Shown: positions 28,176-39,196, counted from the first letter of the stretch. The stretch: DNA of 64,000 nucleotides from Desulfobacterales bacterium (GCA_041736435.1 JBGSTS010000282.1:10321-74320), one strand, 5' to 3'. Translations and numbers: made by a program. The notes: generated from the sequence alone by a model not told the origin.

Positions 28176-29837
28176 ATGATCAAAAAGGGATGTGCACTGC
28201 TGCTGCTTTTCGCCCTCGTCGCCTTCAGCTTCAATCCCGCCGCCAGCGCCGAAAAGACCCTCACGCTCGGCGTCTACCAGGAACCCGAAAACCTCAACAC
28301 CTACATCGGCGTCCAGACCGTCATCACCTACGTTCACAAGCCCTTTGCCGAGTACCTGATCGACGTCAACGAAAAGGGGGAATATTTCCCGGTGCTCGCG
28401 GCCGAGGTGCCCAGCGTTGAAAACGGCGGGGTCTCCAAAGACGGGCTGACCATCACCTACAAGCTGCGCAAGGGCGTGAAATGGAGCGATGGGGCGCCGT
28501 TCACCTCTGCCGACGTCAAGTTCACCTGGGAGGCCATCGTCAACCCGAAGAATCTGGTCAAGAGCAAATCGGGCTATGATCTGATCCAGGCGGTGGAGAC
28601 CCCCGACGAGCACACCGCGGTCGTCAAGTACAAGGAATTCTACGCGCCGTTCCTGACCCGGTTTGCGCCGGTCCTGCCCCAGCACATCCTGGGCAAGCTC
28701 GACAACATGAACGATGCGCCCTACAACCGCATGCCGGTCGGCACGGGGCCTTTCATGGTGAGCGAGTGGGCCTCGGGCAACTACATCGCCATGGTCAAGA
28801 ACCCGCATTACCGCGATGCGAGCAAAGTTAAAATCGACAAGCTCTTCTTCAAGTTCATCCCCAGCCGCGAAGTGGGCATCGCCCAGCTGCAGGCGGGCGA
28901 CATCGACGGGGTCTGGGACCTGATCGAAGCCCAGATCCCGATGATGGAGAACAACCCGGCCCTGGCCCTCGACCTGTCCACCTCGCTCACCTCCGAGCGA
29001 CTGATCCTCAACCACAGCATCCCGACGCCGCCCAACAACGGCAACCCGGATTTTCCGCACCCGATCCTGGGCGATCTCAAGGTGCGCCAGGCCCTCGACT
29101 GCGCCATCGACCGCAAGGCCATCGTCGACAAGCTCCTCTTCGGAAAGGCGCAGGCTGGGGCCTCCGAAATCGCCCACGGCTGGGCGGCCAACCGCGACCT
29201 CAAGCCGGTTGCCTACGACCCGGAAAAGGCCAAAAAGCTCCTCGACGATGCCGGCTGGAAGCCCGGCGCCGACGGCATCCGCCAGAAGGATGGCAAACGC
29301 TTGCGGCTGAAAATCACAACGACCACCGGCAATAAGCTGCGGGAGATGGTGCAGCAGGTGCTGGTGGACCAGATGAAGAAGGTCGGGGTCGAGTTCTACA
29401 TCGAGAACGTCCCTTCATCGGTGCTGTTTGGCTCCTGGGCCAACGACGCGGACCGTAAAAAGGGCCGCTACGACATCATGATGTACACCACCGGACCGGG
29501 CATCGATCCGCACCAGCAGTTCGAAGGCTACTTCCACTCGAAAAACATCCCGACCGAGGCCAACGGCGGCAGCGGCTACAACTACACCCGCCACCGCGAC
29601 GCCGAGCTCGACAAATGGATCGACGCCGGCGGCAAGTCCATCAGCATGGCCGACCGTGCCAACGCCTACCGCATGGCCCAGAAGCGGATCTACGAGATCG
29701 TGCCCCACATCTATCTTTATCAGCGGCTGACCGTCCACGGCTTCCGCAGCCACGTGAAAGGCTACATCTCCAACGGCAACGGCATCATCGACGCGGTCGA
29801 AACCTGGAACATCGCCGACTGGGATATTCAGAAGTAA
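28176..29837 (+). CDS. ABC transporter substrate-binding protein, family 5 (peptide/nickel type)
   Basis: Signal peptide MIKKGCALLLLFALVAFSFNPAASA. Its size and internal motifs fit SBP_bac_5. ATG 28176 follows GGGAGG. Confidence 0.9.
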   Translation: MIKKGCALLLLFALVAFSFNPAASAEKTLTLGVYQEPENLNTYIGVQTVITYVHKPFAEYLIDVNEKGEYFPVLAAEVPSVENGGVSKDGLTITYKLRKGVKWSDGAPFTSADVKFTWEAIVNPKNLVKSKSGYDLIQAVETPDEHTAVVKYKEFYAPFLTRFAPVLPQHILGKLDNMNDAPYNRMPVGTGPFMVSEWASGNYIAMVKNPHYRDASKVKIDKLFFKFIPSREVGIAQLQAGDIDGVWDLIEAQIPMMENNPALALDLSTSLTSERLILNHSIPTPPNNGNPDFPHPILGDLKVRQALDCAIDRKAIVDKLLFGKAQAGASEIAHGWAANRDLKPVAYDPEKAKKLLDDAGWKPGADGIRQKDGKRLRLKITTTTGNKLREMVQQVLVDQMKKVGVEFYIENVPSSVLFGSWANDADRKKGRYDIMMYTTGPGIDPHQQFEGYFHSKNIPTEANGGSGYNYTRHRDAELDKWIDAGGKSISMADRANAYRMAQKRIYEIVPHIYLYQRLTVHGFRSHVKGYISNGNGIIDAVETWNIADWDIQK

Positions 29838-29907
29838 CCGGTCCTGCGCGAATGAAGCGGACGGCGCCCCCGGCATGGGGCGCCGCCCGTCGGCTCACGG
29901 TCTCCGC

Positions 29908-30864
29908 ATGAAATACACCTTCATTCTGCGCCGCCTGCTGTCGGTGGTCCCGGTGCTTCTCATCATCACCTTCGCCACCTTCGCCCTCATGCAGCTTTTG
30001 CCGGGCGGCCCGCTGGCGGCCTATGAAAACAACCCTGAAATTTCGCAGAAAGACATCGAGCGCCTGCGCCACGAAATGGGCCTGGACCAACCGATTCATA
30101 TGCAATATTGGGCCTGGCTCAAGAATTTCGCGCAGGGGGACTGGGGCTACTCCTTCACCACCAAGCGGCCGGTCCTGGTCGAGATCTGGGACCGGCTGCC
30201 CAACACCCTCTACCTGACCGGCATCTCCCTGATCGTGGCGCTGATCATCGCCATCCCGGCGGGCATCCTCTCGGCCACCCGGCAGTACTCGCTCTTCGAC
30301 CATATCACGACCACCCTCGCCTACGTCGGCCGGTCCATGCCGGTGTTTTACTCCGGGCTGCTCTTGATCATCATTTTCAGCATCTGGCTTCGCTGGCTGC
30401 CGAGCGGCGGCATGCACACGCTGGGCAAGGAGTTTTCGCTGATCGACAGCCTGCGCCACCTGTTCCTGCCGGTGTTAAGCCTATCGACCTTGATTGCGGC
30501 CAAATACGTGCGCTTTCTGCGCACCAGCATGCTCGAGGTGATCCACCTGGACTATATCCGCACCGCGGCGGCAAAGGGGCTGAGCGAGCGCGTGATCATC
30601 TACAAGCACGCCTTCCGCAATGCCGCCATCCCGCTTGTCACGGTCGTGGCCATCGACCTGCCCGTGCTCTTTGCCGGGGCGCTGTTCACCGAAACCATCT
30701 ACTCCTGGCCGGGCATGGGACGGCTCTTCGTCGACGCCGCCACCCGCTTCGACTACTCGGTCGTCATGGGGATCGTGGCCGCCATCGCGTTTCTGGTGGT
30801 GGTCTCCAACCTGCTGGCGGACATTGTCTACGCGATCCTGGACCCGCGGATCACCTACTCGTAG
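29908..30864 (+). CDS. ABC transporter permease (DppB/OppB-like)
   Basis: MKYTFILRRLLSVVPVLLIITFATFALM is a typical N-terminus. The EAA-type loop is IRTAAAKGLSERVIIYKHAFRNA. Confidence 0.9.
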   Translation: MKYTFILRRLLSVVPVLLIITFATFALMQLLPGGPLAAYENNPEISQKDIERLRHEMGLDQPIHMQYWAWLKNFAQGDWGYSFTTKRPVLVEIWDRLPNTLYLTGISLIVALIIAIPAGILSATRQYSLFDHITTTLAYVGRSMPVFYSGLLLIIIFSIWLRWLPSGGMHTLGKEFSLIDSLRHLFLPVLSLSTLIAAKYVRFLRTSMLEVIHLDYIRTAAAKGLSERVIIYKHAFRNAAIPLVTVVAIDLPVLFAGALFTETIYSWPGMGRLFVDAATRFDYSVVMGIVAAIAFLVVVSNLLADIVYAILDPRITYS

Positions 30865-30874
30865 CGGAGAGGCG

Positions 30875-31804
30875 ATGGCCGGCGGACGCTTTCACGAAAA
30901 ACACAAGAACCAGCTCTGGTATCTGACGCTGCGGCAGTTTCTGCGCCACCGCATGGCGGTCTTCGGCATGCTCATGATGACCGCGATCGTTTTCGCCGTG
31001 GTGTTCGTGGACCAGATCTCGCCCTACGACCCGGAGACACCGGATCTGTCCAACATGCTCGCCCCGCCGAGCTTGGTTCATCCGCTGGGCACCGACGAGC
31101 TCGGCCGGGATATGCTCACCCGCTCGCTTTACGGGGGCCGGGTCTCTCTGATCGTCGGGGTCTTCGCCATGCTGGTTGCGGTCACGCTGGGGACCCTGGT
31201 CGGCGCCGTGGCCGGCTATTTCGGGGGGGTGGTGGACAACCTGCTCATGCGCTTTACCGACTTTGCCCTGGCCTTTCCGCGGATCTTCGTCCTGATCCTC
31301 TTCGCCATCATCTTCATGCGCCCACCCTTCAGCGACAACCCGCTCATCGTCCTGGTTTTCGACGCCCTTTACAAAATGCCCGTTGCCCGCGTGGTCTTCG
31401 TCATCGGCATCCTCGGCTGGATGGACGTCGCCCGCCTGGTGCGGGGCTCCTTTCTGGAGATCAGGAACCTGGAATATGTCGAATCGGCCCGGGTCCTGGG
31501 CGCCGGAACCCCCCGGATCATGATCCGCCACATCCTGCCGAACGCGCTCGGCCCCATCATCGTGGCCGCCAGCCTGGGGGTGGCCGACGCCATCATCTCC
31601 GAGTCGGGCCTGAGTTTCCTGGGGCTGGGCATCCAGCCGCCCACCGCCACCTGGGGCAACATGCTCAAAAACGCGCTGGACCAGATTTTCGCCGCTCCCT
31701 GGACCGCCATCGTTCCGGGGTTCATGATCTTTCTGACCGTCTTGAGCATTAACTACATCGGCGACGGCCTGCGCGACGCCTTCGACCCCCGTAAAATCAA
31801 GTAG
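30875..31804 (+). CDS. ABC transporter permease (DppC/OppC-like)
   Basis: Start at ATG 30875. HPLGTDELGRDMLTR motif and the EAA loop ESARVLGAGTPRIMIRHILPNA. Confidence 0.9.
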   Translation: MAGGRFHEKHKNQLWYLTLRQFLRHRMAVFGMLMMTAIVFAVVFVDQISPYDPETPDLSNMLAPPSLVHPLGTDELGRDMLTRSLYGGRVSLIVGVFAMLVAVTLGTLVGAVAGYFGGVVDNLLMRFTDFALAFPRIFVLILFAIIFMRPPFSDNPLIVLVFDALYKMPVARVVFVIGILGWMDVARLVRGSFLEIRNLEYVESARVLGAGTPRIMIRHILPNALGPIIVAASLGVADAIISESGLSFLGLGIQPPTATWGNMLKNALDQIFAAPWTAIVPGFMIFLTVLSINYIGDGLRDAFDPRKIK

Positions 31805-31814
31805 AGGAGCAGCC

Positions 31815-32648
31815 ATGATTGCCATCACCTGCGTGGTCAACAACGAGGTCGCGTTCGGCACCCGATTTTGGGGCGAACACGGGCTTGCGTTTTTTATTCA
31901 AACGCCGGATGCGGCCGTGCTATTCGACAGCGGACAATCACCGCAGGTTCTCGCTCACAACCTGAAGGAGGCCCAGATCCGCCTGGAGCAGGTGACCCAC
32001 GTGGTGCTCAGCCACGGCCACTACGACCACACCGGCGGCCTGCCCCACGTCCTGGAGCATTTGCAGCGGCCGGTGGTGACGGCCTCCCCGTCGGTTTTCG
32101 AGAAAAAACTGAGCGCCCGGCACGATCCGCCGAATTCGATCGGGATGCCGCTCACGCGCCAGGAATTGGAGTTGAAAGCACAGCTGAAGCTCCAGGAACG
32201 GCCCGCCCCCATCGGCGACCATGTCACCGTCACCGGCCCCATCCCCCGCGAAACCGATTTCGAGTCGGTGGATCCCAAGCTGCTGCACGAGCGCGAAGGC
32301 CGGATCGAGCCCGACCCCCTGCACGACGACCAGTCTCTCATCCTGGAGGCCGCGCAAGGCCTGGTGGTGGTGCTCGGCTGCTGCCATGCGGGGCTAATCA
32401 ACACCCTGCGGCAGGTGCGCCGCCTCTCGCCGCGGCCGATCATCGCCGTGTTGGGCGGAAGCCACCTGCAGCCAGCCGGCCCGGCCCAGATCGCGGCGAC
32501 GATCCACACCCTGCGCCGGGAGTTTGCCTGCATCGAATCCTTCCGCCTGAACCACTGCACGGGATGGCCCGCGCTGACGGCCCTGCGGGACGCCTTCGGG
32601 GCGAGAGTGGCGCCGCTCGCCGCCGGCGAACGCATCGAGTTCGATTAA
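31815..32648 (+). CDS. MBL-fold metallo-hydrolase
   Basis: HVVLSHGHYDHTGG (HxHxDH motif). Confidence 0.8.
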   Translation: MIAITCVVNNEVAFGTRFWGEHGLAFFIQTPDAAVLFDSGQSPQVLAHNLKEAQIRLEQVTHVVLSHGHYDHTGGLPHVLEHLQRPVVTASPSVFEKKLSARHDPPNSIGMPLTRQELELKAQLKLQERPAPIGDHVTVTGPIPRETDFESVDPKLLHEREGRIEPDPLHDDQSLILEAAQGLVVVLGCCHAGLINTLRQVRRLSPRPIIAVLGGSHLQPAGPAQIAATIHTLRREFACIESFRLNHCTGWPALTALRDAFGARVAPLAAGERIEFD

Positions 32649-32782
32649 GGCCCGATACCAATCCCCGGCTTCCCTAAGGCCCCTCTTTGACTTTCCAGCC
32701 TTCCATCGGGCCGACCCTTTTTTGCAGGGATGGGGAATGCCGATGCACGGCTCATTTTCCGCCTGCGGAATCAACGCGTTCG

Positions 32783-33961
32783 CTAATTGCTGAAGCCGGG
32801 GTGCAGGTCTACGCGCCGGTTGAGGGCCCGCCCCTCCAGTGTATCATTTGTGGCGGCCGGGCGGGTCTCGCCGAATGCTACGGCCCGGAACCGCTCAGGT
32901 AAAATGCCCTGCTGGATGAAATAATCACCCACGGCCCTGGCCCTTGCTTCCGATAGCTTCTGATTGTATTCCGCTGCAGCCGTGCTGTCTGCGTGGCCAT
33001 GGATCTCCACCCTGAGCGCGGGATTGGCCTTCATGACGGCCACCGCCTCATCCAGGCTGCCGGTGTTCTTGATGACTGCCAGGTTGCTGTCGAAATAAAG
33101 GCCGCTCAATTCCCAGCAACCGTCGGCATTGACCCTTGCGCCGTTGGGCGTCTTCGGGCACTTGTCGCGGTTGTCGGGAACCCCGTCGCCGTCAGAATCC
33201 GGCACGCCTTCAGCCGGCCTCGCCGCAAGAGGGCTATCGGCCGTCTCGAGGAAAATTTCTTTCACGTAGCGCGCCATATCATCCGGCGTGCTGATGTCAT
33301 CGGCGTTGACGGCAAACCCGCATCCGCTGATATTGACAATCTGGTCCATTACCCTGCGAGCGTCGTGATCCCGGTTCATTAAAATCGGGTAGACGCACAA
33401 CCGGTCGCCGAGTGTTCCGCTCAGTTTCTGCACGGTTCTATACGCCCGGCCATGCAGAATGTTCTCGGAGTCGGAGACAACAATCAAGGCGATCCGGCCG
33501 GGGTTCCCCTGCTGGATGTAGCGGCTGGCAGCGTTGCCGCCGCCTAATGCAACAAGGCGCTTGGCTTCTTCCGGGGTTGAATAGCTGGCCAAGCCGGCGG
33601 CAAACTCGTCGCGATGATACGGCGCCGGCCCATAGAGCACCAGCGCGTCCTCGCAACTCATGCAGCTGCCCGCGTCGAAGGCCAAAAGCCCCGCCCGATA
33701 CGCCAGCGGCGGAATCATTCGGTTCATGCGAGCAACGGTCTCTTGCGCCCGGTCCGCTTCAAGACGTTTCCGGTAGGTGGTCTCCATCGAAGAGGCCGTG
33801 TCCAACACCACAATGAACGTATCAACCTTCTTGGAATACATCTCAGGACCCGGCTGCACCGGCGTGAAGGATTCCGGCGGGAACTTGTGTTTAGCAGCGC
33901 AGCCCGCCAGCGAACCGACCAAAACCAATGCCAGCACGACGATACGAAAATAGGTGTTCAT
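32783..33961 (-). CDS. OmpA-family lipoprotein with vWA-like N-domain and thrombospondin type-3 repeat
   Basis: Lipobox LAGCAA. DSDGDGVPDNRDKCP (TSP3 repeat). The C-terminal OmpA-like domain reads HGHADSTAAAEYNQKLSEARARAV...NRRVDL. Confidence 0.85.
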   Translation of the reverse strand: MNTYFRIVVLALVLVGSLAGCAAKHKFPPESFTPVQPGPEMYSKKVDTFIVVLDTASSMETTYRKRLEADRAQETVARMNRMIPPLAYRAGLLAFDAGSCMSCEDALVLYGPAPYHRDEFAAGLASYSTPEEAKRLVALGGGNAASRYIQQGNPGRIALIVVSDSENILHGRAYRTVQKLSGTLGDRLCVYPILMNRDHDARRVMDQIVNISGCGFAVNADDISTPDDMARYVKEIFLETADSPLAARPAEGVPDSDGDGVPDNRDKCPKTPNGARVNADGCWELSGLYFDSNLAVIKNTGSLDEAVAVMKANPALRVEIHGHADSTAAAEYNQKLSEARARAVGDYFIQQGILPERFRAVAFGETRPAATNDTLEGRALNRRVDLHPGFSN

Positions 33962-33991
33962 TTTTCCGACCTTTCTTTTTCATCCAGTGGT

Positions 33992-34750
33992 TCAAACCGA
34001 CCGCATGATCAGCAACTCGTTGCAGATGAGCCCGTCGACACCTAAGGCGAGCAGTTCTTCGGCCTCCTTGCGGGTGTTGATGGTCCATGGAAAAACTTTC
34101 AGACCGGCAGCGTGCAGCTGCTCCAACTGGCCGCGGTCGAGGGACGTGAAGCGCGGATGATAGGAGAACGCTTTGATCGCCAGCAAAAAATCGAGAACGC
34201 CCGAATCCAGCGGGTGCTCCGAGATGAAGGCCAGCGGGGGCGGGGCCTCGATGGCGGCGATGCGCTTTAAGATGCGCGGGTCGAAGCTCGAAACGATGAC
34301 CCGGTCCATGGCGCCGGTGGCTTCTACAAGTGCTGCTACCTGGCGTTCGATGGCGTCCGCTGGATAGTCCGCATCGAAGGCGCTGGTCTTGATCTCGATG
34401 TTCACCCGGCAGCGGCCTGCTGTCAGCGCCGTCACCTCGGAGAGCTCCGGCACCCGCTGCCCCGCGAAGCGGTCGTCGAACCAGCTGCCGGCGTCGAGCC
34501 GCTTGATCTCATCCAGCGTGTGATCCCGCACAAGACCCCTGCCGTTCGTGGTGCGGTCGAGGGTGTCGTCGTGGATCACGACGACCCTGCGGTCTTTCGT
34601 CAGGGTGACATCCAGCTCGATCATGTCGCAGCCGGACTGAATGGCCCCTTCGAAGGCGGCGAGAGTGTTTTCGGGAAACCGGGCCGGGTAGCCGCGGTGG
34701 CCGATGAGAAGCGGGTGGTCGAAGCGACTCAGATCGATTGCAGGGGGCAT
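33992..34750 (-). CDS. ugpQ: cytoplasmic glycerophosphodiester phosphodiesterase
   Basis: IGHRGYPARFPENTLAAF...ELDVTLTKD (GDPD motifs). It is the last gene of a ugpBAECQ-ordered cluster. Confidence 0.85.
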   Translation of the reverse strand: MPPAIDLSRFDHPLLIGHRGYPARFPENTLAAFEGAIQSGCDMIELDVTLTKDRRVVVIHDDTLDRTTNGRGLVRDHTLDEIKRLDAGSWFDDRFAGQRVPELSEVTALTAGRCRVNIEIKTSAFDADYPADAIERQVAALVEATGAMDRVIVSSFDPRILKRIAAIEAPPPLAFISEHPLDSGVLDFLLAIKAFSYHPRFTSLDRGQLEQLHAAGLKVFPWTINTRKEAEELLALGVDGLICNELLIMRSV

Positions 34751-34842
34751 GATGTAAAAATCTTTTAGGGTTCAGGGCCAGCTTGTAGCCGTTAAGCGCT
34801 GGCGTTCAAAGTTGCCAAACACCAAACACTAAATACCATAAA

Positions 34843-35925
34843 CTACTTTCCTATCCGCTTCTTTGTATTCGGGTCGAAGAGGTGGAGCTTGCCCGGCGGA
34901 ACCGAAACGGAAATAACGCTGTTTTTACTCAGGTCCCGGATCCCGCCCAGACGAACCGTGACGGCCGTCCCGTCGGAACCGAGATGCCCGTAGACCAGGG
35001 TATCGGCGCCCAGGAGCTCCACGTGGTCGACGGTGAGCGGGATATCGCCTGCCGGCCCAGAGGACGGCGTGAGATGCTCCGGCCGCAGCCCGACAGTGAC
35101 CTCGCCTCCTTTGAATGACATCAATTCTGCGTTTTCTACGGCCACGGTATGCCTGCCGGGGAGCACCACCGCCCGGCCGTCCCCGGACACGCTTGCCTTG
35201 AGAAAATTCATGGCCGGGGAGCCGATGAATCCGGCCACGAAGAGGTTGGCCGGGCGCTCGTAGACTTCGAGCGGCGAGCCGATCTGGGCGGCGCAGCCGT
35301 TGTCCATAACCACCAGCCGGTCCCCCAGGGTCATGGCCTCTACCTGGTCGTGAGTGACATAGATGCTGGTGATTTTGAGATCTTCGTGGAGTTTGCGGAT
35401 CTCCAGGCGCATCTGGACCCGCAGCTTGGCATCCAGGTTGGAGAGCGGCTCGTCGAACAGGAACACCTTGGGCTCGCGCACGATGCAACGGCCCATGGCC
35501 ACCCGCTGGCGCTGGCCTCCGGAGAGCTGTCGCGGCTTGCGATCGAGCAGGTCGGTCAGCTCCAGGATGCGGGCTGCGTTTCGCACCCGCCGGTCGGTCT
35601 CATCCTTGGGCGTGCCGCGCATCCTAAGCCCGTAAGCCATGTTGCGGTAAACGGTCATGTGCGGGTAAAGCGCGTAGTTCTGGAATACCATGGCAATGTC
35701 GCGCTGAGCCGGCTCCAGGCGGTTGACTACGCGGCCGTCGATGGCGATCTCGCCGCTGGTGATCTCCTCGAGCCCGGCGATCAGGCGCAGCAGGGTGGAC
35801 TTTCCACAGCCGGAGGGCCCCAGGATAACGATGAACTCGCCTTCGCGGATGTCGCAGCTGACCCCGTGGATGATTTCGGCTTTGCCGAAGCTCTTGGTCA
35901 CATTGCGGATGCTGACGGCTGCCAT
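34843..35925 (-). CDS. ugpC: sn-glycerol-3-phosphate ABC transporter ATP-binding protein
   Basis: Walker [23 protein letters not shown], and a MalK/UgpC-type C-terminal regulatory domain. Confidence 0.9.
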   Translation of the reverse strand: MAAVSIRNVTKSFGKAEIIHGVSCDIREGEFIVILGPSGCGKSTLLRLIAGLEEITSGEIAIDGRVVNRLEPAQRDIAMVFQNYALYPHMTVYRNMAYGLRMRGTPKDETDRRVRNAARILELTDLLDRKPRQLSGGQRQRVAMGRCIVREPKVFLFDEPLSNLDAKLRVQMRLEIRKLHEDLKITSIYVTHDQVEAMTLGDRLVVMDNGCAAQIGSPLEVYERPANLFVAGFIGSPAMNFLKASVSGDGRAVVLPGRHTVAVENAELMSFKGGEVTVGLRPEHLTPSSGPAGDIPLTVDHVELLGADTLVYGHLGSDGTAVTVRLGGIRDLSKNSVISVSVPPGKLHLFDPNTKKRIGK

Positions 35926-36036
35926 GGTCTGGGCCTGAATAATTGTGTTTAGTAGTTATGGTTTGGTGTTTGGGTATTCAGATGTTTAGACGGTTGTTTG
36001 CTAAACACCAAAACACTAAATACCCAACACCCATTT

Positions 36037-36882
36037 TTACTTCTCCGTCTCCGTCATTCCCCTCACAAACTGCTTCTGCATGAAAATCACCACCAGCACC
36101 GGCGGCAGCATGGCCAGAATAGTAGCTGCCATGATGATGTGCCACTCGGCCTGACCCTCGCCCACATCCAACATGCGTTTGATGCCGATCAGGAGCGTGT
36201 AATACTTTTCGTCGCTTGTGATCAGCAGCGGCCACAGGTACTGGTTCCAGCCGTAGATGAACAGGATTACGAACAGCGCCGCAATGGAGGTACGCGACAT
36301 CGGCAGCAGGATGTCGAAGAAGAAGCGCATGGGCCCGCCGCCGTCGATGCGGTGGGCTTCGCAGAGCTCGTCGGGCACGGTCACGAAGAACTGGCGGAAC
36401 AGGAAGGTGGCCGTGGCCGAGGCGATCAGCGGAAAGATGAGCCCGCCGTAGGAGTCGAGCAGTTTGAGGTCGGCGGCTACCTTGTAGGTCGGCAGGATAC
36501 GGACCTCCACCGGCAGCATGAGGGTGATGAAAATCATCCAGAAAAAAACCATGCGCAGCCGGAAGCGAAAGTAGACGATGGCAAAAGCGGCCAAGAGCGA
36601 GATGAAAATTTTCCCGAAAGTGATCCCCAGGGCCATGATCAGACTGTTCAGCATCATGGTGCCCACGGTGGCGCCTACGTCCCGGGGCCCCACGGTGAGG
36701 GCGCGCAGATAGTTTTCCAGGAGGTGGCCCCCGGGCAGTAAGGGAAAAGATTTGGTAATCGCTTCGATGGTGTGGGTCGAGGCGATAAAAGTGACGTAGA
36801 TAGGGAAAACGAGAACCAAGGCCCCCAGGATCAGAACGGCGTGGGTGATCCCTGTCAGAAACGAACGGTGTTCGACCATCAT
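36037..36882 (-). CDS. ugpE: sn-glycerol-3-phosphate ABC transporter permease
   Basis: The ATG at 36882 shares 1 nt with the ugpA stop (TGATG). MalG/UgpE-type permease with CEAHRIDGGGPMRFFFDILLP. The track ORF extension to 37170 is spurious. Confidence 0.9.
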   Translation of the reverse strand: MMVEHRSFLTGITHAVLILGALVLVFPIYVTFIASTHTIEAITKSFPLLPGGHLLENYLRALTVGPRDVGATVGTMMLNSLIMALGITFGKIFISLLAAFAIVYFRFRLRMVFFWMIFITLMLPVEVRILPTYKVAADLKLLDSYGGLIFPLIASATATFLFRQFFVTVPDELCEAHRIDGGGPMRFFFDILLPMSRTSIAALFVILFIYGWNQYLWPLLITSDEKYYTLLIGIKRMLDVGEGQAEWHIIMAATILAMLPPVLVVIFMQKQFVRGMTETEK

Positions 36883-37763
36883 CAGTAGTGCACCTTGCGT
36901 TCGATGAACCGGAACTGGACGACGGTGAGAGCGATCACCACGATCATCAGGACCACCGACTGGGCCGCCGAACCACCTAAATCGAGGTTGATGAAGCCGT
37001 CGTTGAAGACCTTGTAGACCAGGATGTTCGTGGCGTAGTTGGGCCCGCCCCGGGTGATGGCGTGGATGACGCCGAACGTGTCGAAAAAGGCATAGACGAT
37101 GTTGACCACGATCAAGAAAAAAGCCGTGGGCGACAGCAGGGGGAACGCGATGCTCCAGAAGCGTTTCCACGGCCCGGCGCCGTCGATGGCCGCCGCCTCG
37201 ATGAACGAGCCGGGAATGGCCTGCAACCCCGCCAGGAAAAAGAGGAAATTATACGAGATCTCGCGCCAGGCGGCGGCGATGACCACCAGGGTCATCGCTT
37301 GGCCTCCGTTCAGGGTGTGGTTCCATTCGACTCCGAATGTTTTCAGAAAAAAAGCCACCATGCCCACGGTGGGGTTGAACAGGAAAAACCACAGGACACC
37401 CGCCACCACCGGGGCCACCGCGTAAGGCCAGATGATGAGGGTCTTGTAGACGGTTGCCCCCCGCAGGGCGCGGTCGGCCATAACCGCCAGCAGCAGCGCC
37501 ACGGAGAGCCCGATGGCTGCCACAGCGAAACTGAAGAAAAGCGTCACGCGAAAAGATCCGAGGTATTCCTCGCTGGTGAAGATTTCGATGAAGTTGTCCA
37601 CCCAGACGAAGGCGGAAGAGGTCCCGAAGGCGTCCTCCAGCAGGAAGGACTGGACCAGCGCCTGGGAGGCGGGCCAGATGAAGAATACCAGGGTGATGAA
37701 AATCTGGGGTGCGACCAGAAGATAGGGTAGGACCTTGTTCCGGAAAACGACGCGCTTTTCCAT
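36882..37763 (-). CDS. ugpA: sn-glycerol-3-phosphate ABC transporter permease
   Basis: MalF/UgpA-type permease with the EAA loop [22 protein letters not shown]. Confidence 0.9.
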   Translation of the reverse strand: MEKRVVFRNKVLPYLLVAPQIFITLVFFIWPASQALVQSFLLEDAFGTSSAFVWVDNFIEIFTSEEYLGSFRVTLFFSFAVAAIGLSVALLLAVMADRALRGATVYKTLIIWPYAVAPVVAGVLWFFLFNPTVGMVAFFLKTFGVEWNHTLNGGQAMTLVVIAAAWREISYNFLFFLAGLQAIPGSFIEAAAIDGAGPWKRFWSIAFPLLSPTAFFLIVVNIVYAFFDTFGVIHAITRGGPNYATNILVYKVFNDGFINLDLGGSAAQSVVLMIVVIALTVVQFRFIERKVHY

Positions 37764-37797
37764 AGGCCGAGTTGAGGCTGCGCTATCGGCGGCTTTA

Positions 37798-37844
37798 CCC
37801 CCGCCCCTGTCCCCTCCCTTTGCGGGAAGGGACAGGGGCGGGGG
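37798..37844 (-). promoter_or_regulatory. very GC-rich intercistronic stem-loop between ugpB and ugpA
   Basis: Read directly. 37798-37813 pairs with 37829-37844 (16 bp). After one C/A mismatch there is an inner 4-bp stem (37815-18 / 37824-27) with loop TTTGC. No U tract follows on the mRNA strand. Confidence 0.7.
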
Positions 37845-37870
37845 GGCCGGGTAGGCGTGTATAGAAATCT

Positions 37871-39196
37871 CTATTTGTTGGCTTTCTCAAATTTCCGCAA
37901 CAGGTCGTTACCCGCCTTCACGGCATCATCCAGTCCCTGCTTGGCGGTTTTTTTGCCGGCAAAAATGGCCTCGAACTCGTTGTCCATGATGTCGCGGGTC
38001 TTGGCGTGGTCGCCGAAACGCAGGCCCTTGGAGTTATCGGTCGGTTTGTTCAGGGTCATCTGTTTCAATGCAGTCTCGGTGCCGGGGTTCTTTTCGTAGA
38101 AGCCCTGCTTCTTGGTCAGTTCATAGGCGGCCAAGGTGATGGGCAGATATCCCGTACCCTGATGCCACTCGGCCTGCACCTCGGGTCTCGAGAGGTAATT
38201 GAAGAAAGCGGCAACCCCTTTGTACTCATCCGGCTTGTGGCCCTTGAGAACCCAGAGGCTCGCGCCGCCGATAATGGTGTTCTGGGGGGCGCCCTTCACG
38301 TCCGGCCAGTAGGGGAGCATCGAGGTCCGGAACTCGAACTGGCAGGTCTTTTTGAACCCGGCATAGCCGGCGGAGGATTCAGTGTACATGGCCACTTCCC
38401 CGGATGAAAACTTGGCGTTGCCGATGTTGGTCCGGCCGCCATAGACGAACACATTGTCCTTTTGCCAGTCGGCCAGCTGCTGGATGTGCTTCACCTGGAC
38501 CGGCCCGTTGAAGGTGTAAGCGGCATCCAGGCCACCGAAGCCGTTGGCCTTGGTGCCGATGGGCACATTGTGCCAGGCGCTCAGATTTTCAATCTGAATC
38601 CAGCCGTTCCAGGCGGAGGAGAACCCGGCTTTGGATACGCCGCTCCCGACCAGTCTTTTGGCAATGGTGCCCATGGTCAACCAGGTCAACGGCGGTTTTT
38701 CAGGATCCATCCCCGCTTTTTTGAACATGTCGACGTTGTAGTAGAGTACCGGAGTCGAGCTGTTGAAAGGCATGGAGATCATCCGGCCGTCGGTAGTGGT
38801 GTAGTAGCCGGTGACGGTCGGCAGGTAGATTTTTGGGTCGAACGGCAGGCCGGATTCCTTCATGACTTCGTACACCGGCTTGACCGCCCCCTTGGCCGCC
38901 ATCATGGTCGCCGTGCCGACTTCAAAGACCTGCAAGATGTGGGGCGGGGCCTTGGCGCGAAAAGCCGCGATCCCGGCGTTCATGGTGTCCGAGTAGTTTC
39001 CTTTGTAAGTCGCCACCACCTGATACTTGTCCTGGCTTTTGTTGAAGCCCTCGGCGATGGCGTTGACCCGCTCACCGAGAGCGCCGCCGTGGGCGTGCCA
39101 CCAGTTGACCGTAACCGGCGCCGCCAGCGCGAGCGCCGGCACCACCAGCATTACTAACGCCACAAGTGTTATCCTCAAATTTCGCGCATGTTTCAT
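37871..39196 (-). CDS. ugpB: sn-glycerol-3-phosphate-binding periplasmic protein
   Basis: 441 aa with a signal peptide. Family-1 SBP at the head of the ugp cluster. Confidence 0.9.
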   Translation of the reverse strand: MKHARNLRITLVALVMLVVPALALAAPVTVNWWHAHGGALGERVNAIAEGFNKSQDKYQVVATYKGNYSDTMNAGIAAFRAKAPPHILQVFEVGTATMMAAKGAVKPVYEVMKESGLPFDPKIYLPTVTGYYTTTDGRMISMPFNSSTPVLYYNVDMFKKAGMDPEKPPLTWLTMGTIAKRLVGSGVSKAGFSSAWNGWIQIENLSAWHNVPIGTKANGFGGLDAAYTFNGPVQVKHIQQLADWQKDNVFVYGGRTNIGNAKFSSGEVAMYTESSAGYAGFKKTCQFEFRTSMLPYWPDVKGAPQNTIIGGASLWVLKGHKPDEYKGVAAFFNYLSRPEVQAEWHQGTGYLPITLAAYELTKKQGFYEKNPGTETALKQMTLNKPTDNSKGLRFGDHAKTRDIMDNEFEAIFAGKKTAKQGLDDAVKAGNDLLRKFEKANK

